A program made the position numbers and the translations under genes. From positions 96,001 through 160,000 of the IMG/VR virus record IMGVR_UViG_3300036939_000082: DNA of 64,000 nt; one strand, written 5' to 3'. Positions 36,807 through 50,400 of this stretch are shown here, piece after piece. Under the pieces are notes generated by a model. It had not been told where the DNA came from. It did no database searches and saw only the letters and a program-made list of their open reading frames with translations. Source of the DNA: a virus. Position 1 is the stretch's first letter, and every line of letters begins with the position of its first letter.

Positions 36807-37319
36807 CTAAGAGATTTTTTGTCCTATTTTGTTGCACGACGGACATTCCGGTCGTGTGAGTTCAACAAAACTATCTGGTAGCGAGTACCAAGTATCTTGG
36901 TTTTTGCATTTTGGGTCGCTACATTTATATTCCTCTGTTTGGGGATATGATTTTCGAGCAGGGTAGATGTGTTGGTACTCCTCAACGGGAACACCAAGCC
37001 ATTCAACGTGTTGTTCGACGCTTTTTGGTAATATCGAATGTAGTACCAGGGTATTTTCCCTCCAAACTAAAACGTTTTCACCATTGATAGCATTTGCGAT
37101 CTCAGTGGGAATCCCGTCGTCGTTTATTTCGCATTCTTCTTCCATGTCGAAAAAAATGTACACTTCTGGACATGGTGGAAAATCTTGATCGATTCCCGTC
37201 CAGTCTTCTACACTGACATCAGAATTGGCGATCATTTTGCGAATGCGTTCTGCAATTTGTTCCGCTATTTTTTCAGAGTAAGCGTGAATTTGATACTTAA
37301 CTAATGTCTGTGTTTTCAT
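36807..37319 (-). CDS. acidic hypothetical protein with C-terminal zinc ribbon
   Basis: CSDPKC...CPSC. Confidence 0.65.
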   Translation of the reverse strand: MKTQTLVKYQIHAYSEKIAEQIAERIRKMIANSDVSVEDWTGIDQDFPPCPEVYIFFDMEEECEINDDGIPTEIANAINGENVLVWRENTLVLHSILPKSVEQHVEWLGVPVEEYQHIYPARKSYPQTEEYKCSDPKCKNQDTWYSLPDSFVELTRPECPSCNKIGQKIS

Positions 37320-37432
37320 TGTCGTTCGTGTTTAAAACTATATTTAGTATAACATATTTAGCATATTAATTTTCACAAAATAAACGCACCGCGTAAATTA
37401 ATTTACGCGGTGCGTTTTAACGAAGTAATAAA

Positions 37433-37870
37433 CTACATAGCTAATAAGAGTTTGTTTTTCGCACTCTCTTCCTCGGACAAGGGATTAACTTGATCTGTTT
37501 TTACGATTTCCCAGAACATCCTTTGGAGAAGTTCGGAATTTTCTTTGCAAGCCACAATTGCTTGCCCGTCTATTCTTGAAGGAATATACGACTCTACATC
37601 GATATTCACGCGCAAAAAAGGTTCACATTCTACCCATTCTCCGATTTTTCGATTGAAACGCTTGGAATGCTTTTCTACTTTGATCCTGCATTTCTTGTAT
37701 TTCAATGTGACGGTTTCAAGTTCACTAGGAGTGACATCGATCACTTTTTGGAAAATCAGAAACCAGTGAGAGTGCCTGGGGTTGAAAAATCCACCAAACA
37801 TTTCTCCTGGCTCAAGTTGCCAAACGAGTGTGTTTTCGGAGTTATCGGTAAGAGGATGTTTGTAAGGCAT
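37433..37870 (-). CDS. hypothetical protein (likely start MPYKH at 37870)
   Basis: ORF between a promoter and a palindrome. Confidence 0.6.
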   Translation of the reverse strand: MPYKHPLTDNSENTLVWQLEPGEMFGGFFNPRHSHWFLIFQKVIDVTPSELETVTLKYKKCRIKVEKHSKRFNRKIGEWVECEPFLRVNIDVESYIPSRIDGQAIVACKENSELLQRMFWEIVKTDQVNPLSEEESAKNKLLLAM

Positions 37871-38098
37871 GATTTTCACGCTTTTGCGTTTGTGTTTATA
37901 CTTTATTGTAACACGGTTAACATATTTTTGTAAAATAAAAAACATCGCAAAATTTTTAATTACGCGATGTGTTTTTAACTGTTTATTTTTGAGCGCGCTT
38001 TTTTCTAAGTTCGCTCTTGCGTGTATTTATTGTAACATATTTAACGAGTCAATTGACATAAAAACGCATCGCGTAAATTAATCGCGATGCGTTTTTGT

Positions 38099-38386
38099 TT
38101 ATTTGAGAGATTTTCTAATAACTTCTAAATCTGGGAGACTGTCAGTCTTTACAACTTTCCAATGCTTCAAGTTTCGATAAATACTTTGATAGTGTTTTTT
38201 AACGTATTCATCCGAGCATTCTGCGTAGTCTGGTAATTGGCTTCTCATGGCAGTAATTCTCGTAGCATGAGTCCCGCACCGCTTGTCAATTCCCCACAAT
38301 TCTTTTTTAGGCATTAAGTGTGGCGCACTTTTGGGAATGTGAACTGGGAATGCTATTTGATAGTTGATTCTTGTCTTGACGGTCAT
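38099..38386 (-). CDS. small basic hypothetical protein
   Basis: ORF between a promoter and a palindrome. Confidence 0.6.
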   Translation of the reverse strand: MTVKTRINYQIAFPVHIPKSAPHLMPKKELWGIDKRCGTHATRITAMRSQLPDYAECSDEYVKKHYQSIYRNLKHWKVVKTDSLPDLEVIRKSLK

Positions 38387-38443
38387 AATTTTACGCTATT
38401 TGTTTTATGTTTCTCAATAATTGTAACACAATTGCAACTTTTA

Positions 38444-41400
38444 TTACTGCTTGGCTTTTTCAACAATATCTCGCAACTGAGTGCGAATAACTCTTTGCGC
38501 CTGCGGTGATTCCAAATGCTTCATAATTTCGCCCAATAACTCTTCCGCTGCAAAACTTGGATTTGCTCCCTGAACTACAATGTCTCCAAAAACAAATTGA
38601 ACGTTAAATTCTGTTGTCTGCGAAGATGCAGCGGGCGGAAGGGGAATTGGGGTTGCGGGGACAGGCAATGCTCGAAGGCTGGAAACCTCTACCCGATCGC
38701 CCTGGTTGATCGATTCCAATAAAGGTAGGTTCGACCGCGTAGCAGCAGCATTGACAACAAACTCCCCAGGCGACGCCAGAATAGGTACGCGATCGCCCGT
38801 AGATGTTCCCATTCCCGATATCAAACCGCCAGTCGCATAACGCTGTACTGGCTGAACCTGCAGCGGGTGGCTCGGCAAAGGCTGACTCCGCAGCGAAGGA
38901 GCGAACAATCCGCCGACGAACGGAATATTAGCTAAAACCCCCATTGAATTAGTTACAACCCACTGAATCAGATTCCAAATTCCTTGGAAAACTCTAGTAA
39001 TAGCGCTTCCTACAACAACAAATGTTTCTTTTAGTACCCACCCGACCGCCACAACTCCAGAAATTATCGCCAAAAAAGGTGCGGCTGCAACTACCGCAGC
39101 AGAAATACCCGCAATCACAGCCCCAATACCGCCCGTGACGGCTGGAACGACAGCCGCAGCAAAAACTCCTCCTATTGTCGCCAGCGCGCTCCCGACTCCC
39201 GATACAGCAGAGCCGATCGCCCCAACAGCGCCTGTTATGCCAGCAAGCACCGCGCCAAAATTTGCTGCCAAAGTTAAAGTAACGACTGTTCCGGCAATCG
39301 CAGCGCCGACAGTTGCTACTGCTCGAACAATTTTGGAGACAGCGTTAAATACAAATCCTAGCGTTTTAATTACACCGATCAGTACGAATGAAATTGTTTT
39401 AATGATTTTAATCAAACTAAAAGTTAAAGTTTTAACTGGAATCAGCAATACATTGATAATTGATGATGCCAAACCTGATATGTTTCCATCCACTCCGCTA
39501 AAGATGCTGGCGATCGTCCCAAAAATTTGAGCGAATGGCTCGACGATGGTATTTCCCAATTCGACGAGCGCGCTCCACACGCTATCAATTTCCTGAAAGA
39601 GCGTTCCAGTTACTTGGGCGATCGAATCCCAAATTCCCCCAAAAACGCCTGCAACGATACTCCCGATAAAGCTGAAGACTTTTCCCAATACCCATCCAAC
39701 TGCCACAATTCCCAGAAGCAAAGGAATAAAAGGAAGGAAGGGGGAGATTGCTGCGGTTGCTGAGGCAAGGATTGCACTCAAACCGCTGAGAATCACTGGA
39801 ACTAAGACTCCGCTAAATATTCCAGCGACACCGGTGGCAATAGTTGAAAACTCAATTAACGCGAGACTCAACCCAGCAACAAACGCTCCAGCACTTACAA
39901 ACAGTCCCCCTATTTGCGTTAAAGAAGAAAATACCGCTAAAGCAGCGCCTATCCTCAACAGCGATTCAACCAATACGCCAAATACAGTAAAAGCAAATTT
40001 GCCCGCTTGGATTAACGATCCAATGATTCCTGCAACTGTTCCCACGATTGCAGAAGCAACACTGGAAATAGACTCAAGAATCCACGAGCTAAAATTGCCC
40101 AGACTATTTTTTGCATTTTCCACAACCTCTTGAATGCCGCCAATGTTGTCTTTGTAAGATCGGTACAGCAAAAATAGGGCAGAGCTAATTCCCAATATCA
40201 AAGGTAAAAACGGCAGCAGCGGTACAATCATTGATTTGTAGGCAAGTTTGGCAGCACCCGCGACAAATCCGTAAGATGCGGCGATCGCCCCGTTAGCGCC
40301 GCCCACAATTCCTGCTTTAGTCAAAGCAGATGCGGCGATCGCGCTGTCTGCAGCTACGGAACTTGCTGCGTTCGTTGCGTAAAAAGCTCGCATCCCCGGC
40401 ATCGCCGTCCGAATATCTAAGAATGAAGTCACCAAGTCATTCATCATAAATATCGGTGTCGCTAGTTGCGGGGCGATATTCGACAATACGGAACCGATCG
40501 ACAGAGAGAGACTTCTAACGCTTTCACCGACCTGCTTCCTAGCAGCGGTATCTTGCTCGACTGCTAACGTTACTCGCCGATGAGCAGATTCTAGATTCTT
40601 CAAACCTTGAGTATAGACTTTGCTATCGATCGCCCCTTGTTTGTAGAGATCGTTCAACCGCACCTGCCTCGCTGTAATTCTGTGAAGGTTGGTTTGGGAC
40701 TCTACCGGATTCCGACTAACGCTCGACATTGCCAACTTCGCATCAAACTTCAACCCGCCAAGCGCTTCGCCAGCTTCGGCAATTTTAGACGGAGATAGCG
40801 CGGTGAGCGATCGATCTAAAAATCTGTAAATTGCATTGCCTTCAATCTTTGCCGACAGCGCCAAGTCCGACAGCCGACTTTGAATAGTCTCTGTAGTGTT
40901 GACCCAGTTTTTGCGAATCCAGTAAGTCGGTCCCGGCGAGGCTTCCGACAAATCGCCCTGCAATTGCTGTCCGGTTTGTTTCGCTTTCCTGCCGATGCCC
41001 GCGATCGCCCCGACAATTTTGCCTCCGGTTTTTTCCCAAATTGCGCCCACTGTTTTTAAAGGCTGTTCGAGGAACTGGGCGATCGCTGCACCTAGTTCTC
41101 CTAACTCCGACATTAGTCGCCCTTTCAATTCTGTGGCGTTGCTACCGAGAACGCCGATACTAGCAATTATGTCGGGAATCCCTTTGAAAACGCTAAAGAT
41201 GTCGAACGGCAGGGAAACATCTAGACCTAACTTGAACAGAGCAACGCCTACATCTTTTAGTCCAACCAATATTTCAGCTACAACGCCTGCCATCTTCAAT
41301 CCAAAAGTACCGATATCTTTTGCAAAACCGAGGAAACTGCCAGCAATCTCGCTCGCGGTCAGCGCAACGCCCGCTAATTGTGCCTTGAAGCTTGCAAAAC

Positions 41401-44400
41401 CTTCTTGTACCCCCGCGAAGGCTTCCTTGGATTTTCGAGAGAATGACGACAGAAGCGCAACAAACCTCAATACAGATTTGTATAAACCTAGAACGGCGGT
41501 CATTACCCGAGCCGGCCAGTCCAGCACAAAACGAAATGCCCATACAAACTTTAGTGCGAAGGCAGACAGCTCAATTCCTATTTGGGTAAAAACCCACAAA
41601 ACCTTGAACAAAGGTGGGAGTACAGTTGTAGAAAAATTAACTATTCCAGCTAGTATTTTGCCGACAACTTGCCCGAAGTCTTTACCCGCAGAAGCTGCGC
41701 GATCGGTGTCGCGACCAGCAGAAGTCAATCCCTGAGAAAACTGCCCCAAGTTTTTTAGAATCCATCCCAAAAATTCACCCAAATGTCTGACAGCAGATGA
41801 AACGCCTGTTAGTTTTGATGTCATTTCATCGGAGGCGATCGCCCCGCTGTTTACCGCTCTAGCAATATCGAACAAAGTTTGACCAAAATCAATAGCTGAC
41901 TTACTCGCAGAAATCACTATACCGATCAAATCTGTCAGGGGCTGCTGAACCTCAGAAAATAAACTGGTTGCAAAATTAGAGATGAATCCATTTAGGGATT
42001 TAAACCCATTTTTTATTACATCTAATAAATTAAATTTCGCAATAATTTGAGTGGCTACCCATGTCGCAGGCGCTATCAACTGTAGCAGCGAGTTTGTTAT
42101 CTTGGTAACGGCTTCCTTCCACGCTTCAGGAATTTTGACTGTTGGGCTGTGATTCAATAAACCGATCAATGTCTGACCCAGCCATTTGGCAAAGTCTGCG
42201 ATCGGAGTCAATATGGTTTGAAATTCTGCTGCAAACTTCTCCCATTTCCTTTTAATCCAGTCTGCTGCTTTCCCAAAGGCGATCGGGACTTCTTGTAGGG
42301 CTTGCTCAAATAGTTGAGGAACTCTAGAGCTGAAATCTTGCAACCCCGTCAAAACAGTTAAGAACAAATCCTTTCTGTTCAAGAATTCCGTGAGGCGCTG
42401 CCATTGAGCCTGGACGGAAGCGATCGCGCCATTTATACTGGGAATAATTTTAGCGATTTGCTCTTTCACTTTTTCAAACAAAGAGGGAATAGATTCGCCA
42501 AAATTTTTCATTTTTGCAGAAATACCTGTAAATAAATCCGCAGAACTCAAGAAGGTAATAAAATTCGGCCATTCCGACTTAATCCAAGATATTGTTTCGC
42601 CAAACTTTGTACCAATCAACGTTAGGAAGTCCAAAGCTCCTGGAATCATTGGAGTCTCAGACAACCAAACAGATAATTTATTCCATTTCTCTTGAATAAA
42701 TGCAACCGTATTGCTAAGCCTTTCCCCCAGCAAAGCAATTTTGACAAACAGATTTTGAATTGCCGGGATCTCGAATTTCAATCCAACTTCGATCGCCCAC
42801 GCAGACAGCCTACCGCTTAAGTCTTTTAACCTATCAAAAAATCCTTGAAATATTTGCCCGGTAGCCAGCGACTTCTGAACTTCCGACCATTTTTCTCTTA
42901 ACAAACCCGAAAACAATGTAAATTCCAATCCGACCTTAAGCAATCTATCAAACAGCCAACTGAATAAATTAGTTCCGCTCATCCAGCCTACAAACTTACT
43001 CCACGCAGCCTCCAAAATATTTACGGTTGAGAGAAAAGCTTGAGAGATATTTTCTGGCTTAAAAGCTTCGCGCAGCCGATCGCCCGCAACTCGAAATAGA
43101 TCGCTCTGTCGCAACCAGTCTCCTAGCTGTTGCCACGATGATTGAACTTTGACGATCGCCCGATCGAAGTATTCCTCAACGTTCAACATCTTCATGATTT
43201 GGCGGAACTTCGACTCGACTGCAGAAATTGCACCGCCAAACCCTTTCTGAACTGCCGCTGCAATATCTGGGGGCAGTGCGACGAGAATAGTGTTGAAAAA
43301 GCCGCGCCAGAAGTCTCCGACATATTTGAGGGGCGCTGTTAGAGCTTCTGTGATTCCCGGCACCAATCTTTTAAGGCGATCGGGAATTGACTCGGAAGAT
43401 CCGTCTATGGAGCCAAATAGTTGGCTGATGCCGGTGATCGCATCCTTGAACGTAAAATTCTTGATAGACTCCTGAACCTGAAAAATTCCATTTTTAATCG
43501 ACTGCACCGCGAGATCGACCTGTTCCGCGAAAAGTTGTTTGATGGCTGGAAAATGGTGTTTAACGCTGTCGATCGCAAACGCCACAGCATCAGTCACTGA
43601 CTTGACTGCGTTAATCAATATGGATGCAACCATTTCTCCTGCTTGCTCTCCCGACTTGAAGGCTAAAAAGAAGTTATTGATAGATTCAGTTGCGCGTTTG
43701 AGGGTAAAGCCTAACGGTCGGAAAACTTGCTCGATCGCCTCACCGATTCCCCGCAACACTTGGAACGAACCTCGGGCGATCACCTTCAACCCATCGTCCG
43801 CGCTGCGCCCAAAATTCTCAAACGCAAATCCCAGCCCTCGAAAGCCTTCTTGAATTAAAGTAAAATCTCCTTTGAGCGCGGGCAGTATACCTAGGGCGAT
43901 CGTTTTGAAAGCACCCGCCGCTTCCACCAAGCCCCACAGCGCTCCAGCCAAAATCTTGCCCGCGCCAATCCCAATCTTAATTAGCCCGGTCAAAATCGTG
44001 CGGATACCCAAGAAGTTTGCAGCGATTACCGCAGCCGTAAAAGCGACCCCCCCCAGCACTAGAAGCAGCGGAGAAATGCCCGACAGGGAAAATAGTCCGA
44101 AGGCGATCGCCGACAAGCTCATGCTGTTGAATCCCGACAGTACCCCTCCAACTCCATACTTGAAGTTACCGAAGAAGTCGCGAGCCGCATCCCCTAGTTC
44201 CACAAAATTGAGAGTTAGCAAGGCTTTTGCCGATCGTCCAACAAAGTCAACCAAATCGTTGCCCAATTGACTCAGACTGCTTGTAACATACTCCATCCCC
44301 GGTGCAAACAGAATACTGGCACTGCCTACTCCGCGATCTGCAAGATACTGATAGCGGTCGCCCACGGCTAACGCGAAAAAACTTGCAGCTCTAATCGCCT

Positions 44401-47400
44401 GACTTTTGAGATCGTTTGTTGGCGGTGACAGCAATATCTCGCTAGCGGAATTTGTTAAGTTACCGCGCAGGATCGATCCGGTTTCCTTGGCGTTTGCTTG
44501 AATATCGCCCATCCACCCGCCGATCGCCCCAACAGTTTTTTCCCAGTAGTGGCGAATCCAGTAAGTCGGACCGGGAGATCCTTCGGAAACAGCCTTTTGT
44601 AATTCGTACCCAGAATCTTCTGCTGGCTGCACCAAGGAATTAATGTTTGCAGTAATAGCTGAAGCGGTATTGACCCATGCCGCATTTGTACTGGCAGCGC
44701 CTAAATCGCCCAATCCGATCGCCCCGGTCACACCGACACCAACCGTGTTGGCAGTTTTCGGGGCTGCACCGCTAAATATTCCCGCACCTGCTTTGGCAGC
44801 CAAGTACGTTTTTTTCTCGATAAAGTCTTGTTTTCTTGAAGAGATAAAATCTTTAGTTTTGTCAATTCCAGATTTAACTGTACCTTGAATAGAGTTTGCA
44901 ATTTTTGGCGCATTTTCTTTTATACCTTGAATCAAAAAACTCAAGAATTTTTGTGCGGAACTTGTTTCTGCAACTTCTAACGGCAAAAGGTTTTCACGAG
45001 ATCGATCGGCGATCGCCTGTTTAACGGGCAATTGCATAGGTGGGTGTAAAGTGTTTATTGCCATTAGAATTTCGCCTAATACACTATTTATTGCTTCCAG
45101 TTGTACAATTTGTTGCGACTTCCCAGGCTGTCCCGGTGCAAGTTTAATTGCATCATTCAAAGAATCTTGTCCAACCAATGCTTTATCTAGCAATGCTCGA
45201 TCGGGAATCTTCGCTCCCACGGATGCAGCCGTAGCACTCAACCTAGCATTAGAGAACATCCCTTCTTGATTTTTGGCAGATGCTGCCAATTGCTCTTCTA
45301 TATATTTTTGACCGGCTTGATTGATTTTGTAGACATCTTCTGTTTGACCCAGCAGTCCGCCAAGACCTTTTTTCTGTACAGTAATCTTCGTTGCCAAACC
45401 TGCGTATTCTGCTTGAGAGGATAATGATTTTGAATTCAATCCTTGGAGTATCGTGTCTGCAATCTTAAGTTCTTCTTTCTGCATCTGAGTTTGAACTTGC
45501 GTTCTAAACGCAGATTCTTTGTCAAATACATTTCTAATTTCTATAAAATCGGGAATGTGTACCTTATCTAACAGTGGAATTCCCTCTAACGGATTCCATC
45601 CTCTTTTTTGTTGATCTAAATCATTGGAAATATCTTTTTGTCTTGATTGTTCGGTTCTTTTTTCCCATCCTTCACCTTTTAAACCAAGCCCTATTTGATA
45701 TTTGCGCTGCGCTGACACAGAACTTTTTCCTAAATCGGGAGCTTGAGCGGTTGCCAATGACCTTGTTTCTTCTTGAGGCTTGTCAAGTAGAGCAAGCAAA
45801 GATTTAGTATAAAAAGCAATGCGATCCAATGTAGAAACTATTGATACAAAAAGTCCTCTATGTAGGTACAATTCAGACTCGATCGCCCGAGAACCTTGGG
45901 TGAAAAAACCTTCCATTCCGACATAAGTGTTTGTCAGTGAATTTTTGGTATTAACAACAGCTTCTTTACCTTGACTAACAACTAAGTTTGCCTGTTTTGC
46001 TTTACCACTAAAGAAATTGCCAACTGGCGAAAATATACCCGTCAATATGCCAGCAACTTCTTTGGCGGGAGTTAGCAGCCAATTCATTGCCCCTGATATT
46101 CTTTCCACCGCCCCTTCCCATGCAGTTGGGATTTTCTCTGTGGGGTTGTGATTTAAAGCGTCAATAAGACCCAATGCTATTTCTAAAGCAGTATCGACCA
46201 ACGGCATATCGAGAAACCAGTGTACAAACCCCGTCCAAGCTTTTTGAATTGCTTGAACAGAACCGGAGAATAGATTACTAATTGCGGTTGTCAGCTTAAC
46301 CGTTTTTGTCCTAATATCCGCAAAGTCAGTAGTGAAAGCAAGCGTTAGAACAGATAGAGCTGTTGTTATGCCTCCGATTCCCAGTATCAACGTGCCAAGT
46401 TCCCCTAACATTCCTAACCCAAAAATCGGCTTAAGTAAATTGCCAAATTTAGAAATGCTTTTGCCCGCTCCGCTTTGTTGCAGTGTTCCCAACATTGCTG
46501 GAGCGGTTACTGTTGGAGATCCTCTTTGAACAAAGCCGCCCATACTCCGGGCAGAGTGACTTAGCTGCGGTGGCGCTTCCCTTGAGAATCTTCTTTGAAG
46601 CATCGCTTCTATTCTTGTCGCTAGATTCTTATTTCTTTCTTTGTTCGTGGCAAACCTCCAAAGTGTTTGCGCCTGTGCGGTCTGCTGCTGCCTGATTTGA
46701 GCGTGGAGAAGTTGAGCTTGAGTGTCTAATTTCTTACCAACGGAATCAAGAGGCGACAGTACCGAAGTAAGTGCAGCGACGACTTTGCCGAAGCCTATCT
46801 GTAAATTGTCTTGCCACGACAATTTCTGTTTTTCACCCGTAGCTCCTAATGCTATTGAATTGATAAATTCTGTTTTGCGTCGCTGCTTGGCATCATCGGC
46901 TTGGAGCGATTCGGACATTTCTTCTCCTACCCCCTTCGCTGGAGCGACCATCCCTTGTATCGAGCCTGTTATGCTTGCAACAGCTCCCTCCCATGCTGTC
47001 GGTATCTTCTCCGTAGGGTTGTGGTTGAGAGCGTTTATTAAGCCCTGCGCTACGTTCAGTGCTGGCTGTACGATCGCCATCAATTTCCCGCCAAACGCAT
47101 CAATAAATCTTTGCCACGCAGCGGTAACAAAGGCGATCGGCGCTGACAGGGCTTGAGAAAGCATATCGCCAGCAGATCGCGCCAAACTTCCAATACCTAA
47201 AAAGTTGTTTTTAAAGGCTAAATACAAGCCCCCCGCAGCTAGCCCGATCGCCGCAACCCCTGCAATCAAAGGAGCTAGCGGTAGCGCTGCTGCTCCCACC
47301 GCTCCGGCGATCGCTCCGCCAATGCCAGTTAGTCCGGCGATAGTTGCTCCCGACACCGAGACTATCGCTCCAAAACTAGCTCCCAACGCAGCCAGTACCG

Positions 47401-50400
47401 GAGCGGCCAGTCCGCCAACCGCCCCGATCAAAGTAAACAGTTCTGTTACCTTGTAAAGACTTTGGGCAGTTTCTTCGTCGATAAAACCCATGTTTTGCAG
47501 CGAAAAGAAAGCTGTCTGCGCCGCAAACCCGGCGGCTGTCACAGCACCGCCCACGGCCATTCCAGCCTTGCCAACTCCTCCCACCGCGCCGACTAATTTA
47601 TGAAAAAATCCAACTGATTTGGTTGTAGCCTGTTCTGCCGCTTGAGGGATGCGGGCGATCGACTGCTGGGTAACTTGCGTCGCGCGCTGCATATCTCGGG
47701 CAATCTCTGCTCCCGTTCCCGCCGCCGCCTGAGCCATTTGATTCATGTTTGCAGTGGTAGAGTGTTCGGTATTTTTCCAGGCTGCGCTGGTCACGTCGGA
47801 TGCGCGGTGGTTGAGGCTGCTCACAATCTTGACTCCCGCCCACGCAGCGCGCTTCACCATCGTCCACCAATTATTCCCGGTAATTCTGTTGGTGGCTTCT
47901 TGCCACGCAGTTTCAGTGCGGGTAGCAGCCCCTTGAAAGTAAGTAGAAATTCCTCTGGCTGCGGACGAAGCGCCCTTCAGTATTGATGCGGATATCTTCT
48001 CGGTCAAGGGGAGTATATTGTTACCATATTCAGCCATCCCGCTGTCAATGCTAACGTCGGCCGAATCTATCAGTCCGCGACGCTCTAAACTCCGGTAGTG
48101 CCGCCGCCCTCCCCGGCTGGCTTCTCTAATTGTTGTTTCGCTTTGGGGAATTGCAGCTTGGCGCGATCGCGCGTTCAGCGCATCAGCTCCTTGTCCAACT
48201 TTTTGAGAAGCAGTCTTCAGCAATTCAGCAAGTCCAAACAAAGCTGCTTTTGCCTTAGAAGCAGGAGAGTTAAACTGTTTGGTGTATTCAATCCGATCCC
48301 CCAAAGTTGCTGCGCGGCGTTTAGCAGCAAGACCCAGCCTAGAGTCCCCTTGAGACTGAGCTAGTCTTTCTGCTGCCGCTTTGTGCTTTTGTAAATTTGC
48401 AATATCTTTGTTGCCAAAAACATTAGAAAAAAAGTTTTTGATACCAGAAAACAAATTGCCGATCGCCCCTAAGATTCCGCCTTGCTGCGATCTCGCTTGG
48501 TTCCCCGCTTGACCCAACACTCCGGCAACCGCCTTAAACAGTTCCCCTGCTTTGTCAACTATTTTAACCGTCCAAGATTTAGCTCGTTCTGCATCAAATC
48601 CGCTGGCGCGATCGACAAAAAACTTTGACATCGAATCGCCGCTGCGGGCTAAAAATCGGGAGAAATTATTAAGGAAATTGCTGAACGGGTTTGTCCCGAT
48701 CAACCCTTCGACTTCGCGGGCGATTCGGTTGGTTCCGACTGACATAGCGATTCGGGCGCGATCGATGATGCTCGAAATCCCAATCAATACTGGTTTGCCC
48801 AGTACGGGAGAGATATCTGCAACTATTTTTTTAACAAGTCCACCTGCTCCCGTTTTCGCTGCGAGTGCTGTTACGCCCCCGGTAAAATTCTTTATCAATT
48901 CAGGGAATGCTTTAGCAAAAAATACCTGATAAGGTGCAACAGACTTCGCTGTGTAATTAGGATTTTCAATGATTTCGCGAGCCCTAGCTTCATTTACATC
49001 TAAAGCTTTTCCTAAAGCTTTAGTAATATCTTCAATCTTGTTGCTCATCCCTAATTTGTTGAGTCTGTCTTTGATTGAAATATTATTGCCATTGCTATCT
49101 TTTTGATCTTTTAGGATGGACTGCAAGATAGTGTCTTGAGTTTTTCGATCCTTAATATCAGTTTTCGTAAGCTCTGCAAACATTTGACCCATAAATTGAT
49201 AATGGGTTTTCGGGGCTTTCTCACGCCCTTCTGTCATCATGTGTTCCAAGCTGTTTCGCTGAGCAGTTCTGAAATCTTTATTTAACTTCTCGATTCTTTG
49301 AACAAATTTAGATCCTTTGATACTAACTTCTGCTGCTTTATACAGATCGCCAGCTAGTTTTATTGACGAATCTTTGGCAGATAAAGCTGACTTGTAAATA
49401 CCGGAGTAAAAATTGCGGAGCGGGCGCACAATATTTTCCGCCATTTCTACACTCATAAAAGGTATTTTGATCAATTTTGATTCTAGAGAGTCTATTTTAT
49501 CAATTGTTGATCGATTAAATCGCTCGAAACCCGCATCTAGGTTTTCAAGAAAAACCTGTACGTTAACTTTTAGCTGTTCTAAAGGATTTTTTAGTTTAAC
49601 TTTATCAATATTCTTGAGTTCGCGTGCCGAAGACAAACCAATCAAGCTAGCAATTTGTTCTTGCTGTTCCTGACTGGCTTTTAAAACAAATTTACCAGTC
49701 AACAAGTATTGATCGAATACAGCAGCAAGTGAGTCATCTCTGCGGAGACTGTTTCGCAAATCGTTTAATTCATCTTTGCCTCCTATACCAGCATTGGTTA
49801 ATTGTTTTTGCAGCGTATCAAAATCTGTTTCTTTGAGCTGTTTACCCCGATCGCCCGTACCGTGCGTTAGAAACCTTCGCAACTTTTGAATGTCTTCTTT
49901 GTTTAAATCGGGCGCGGATTTTAGTCTATCTAAGAATGTCTTTAGCCCATCCACCCCCTTAAACTCAGATCGCTTCTCGCCAAAACTAGCTTCTAGCATT
50001 CCAGTTAGTTTGGTAATTTCTTGACCTGTAGCTTCTCGCTGAAACTTTCCTGTTTCTATAAATTGATTAAAAAATTGATGCAACTGTTTGTGTTCTGGTT
50101 CCCTCAATTTTCTCAAAAGTCCATCTAGGTTGCCGTGTATTGGGTTGTTTTTAACTAAAGCGTCAAGTCCTCTTTCTCGCGCCCGTTTCAACAATAAGGC
50201 AGCACTAGCTTCAGATTGAATCAATTTTTCAGTTCTAGCTTGAACTATTCGCGCTTGAATTGCGATTGTTTTGTCAAATCGCATAGATTCTAATATCTTG
50301 GGAATACCAGTCCATCCAAAGAAGGTGCGAGCTAGTGTATTGCGAGTAGAAGTAACTTGCCCTTCTAGCAAGTTAGAAGACTGCTGCATTGCAGTACCAA

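Larger units (their letters stand above)
37341..38440 (-). repeat. array of promoter and homologous palindrome units
   Basis: palindromes at 37382-37417, 37938-37977, 38060-38096; -10 motifs at 37346, 37905, 38029, 38420. Confidence 0.75.
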
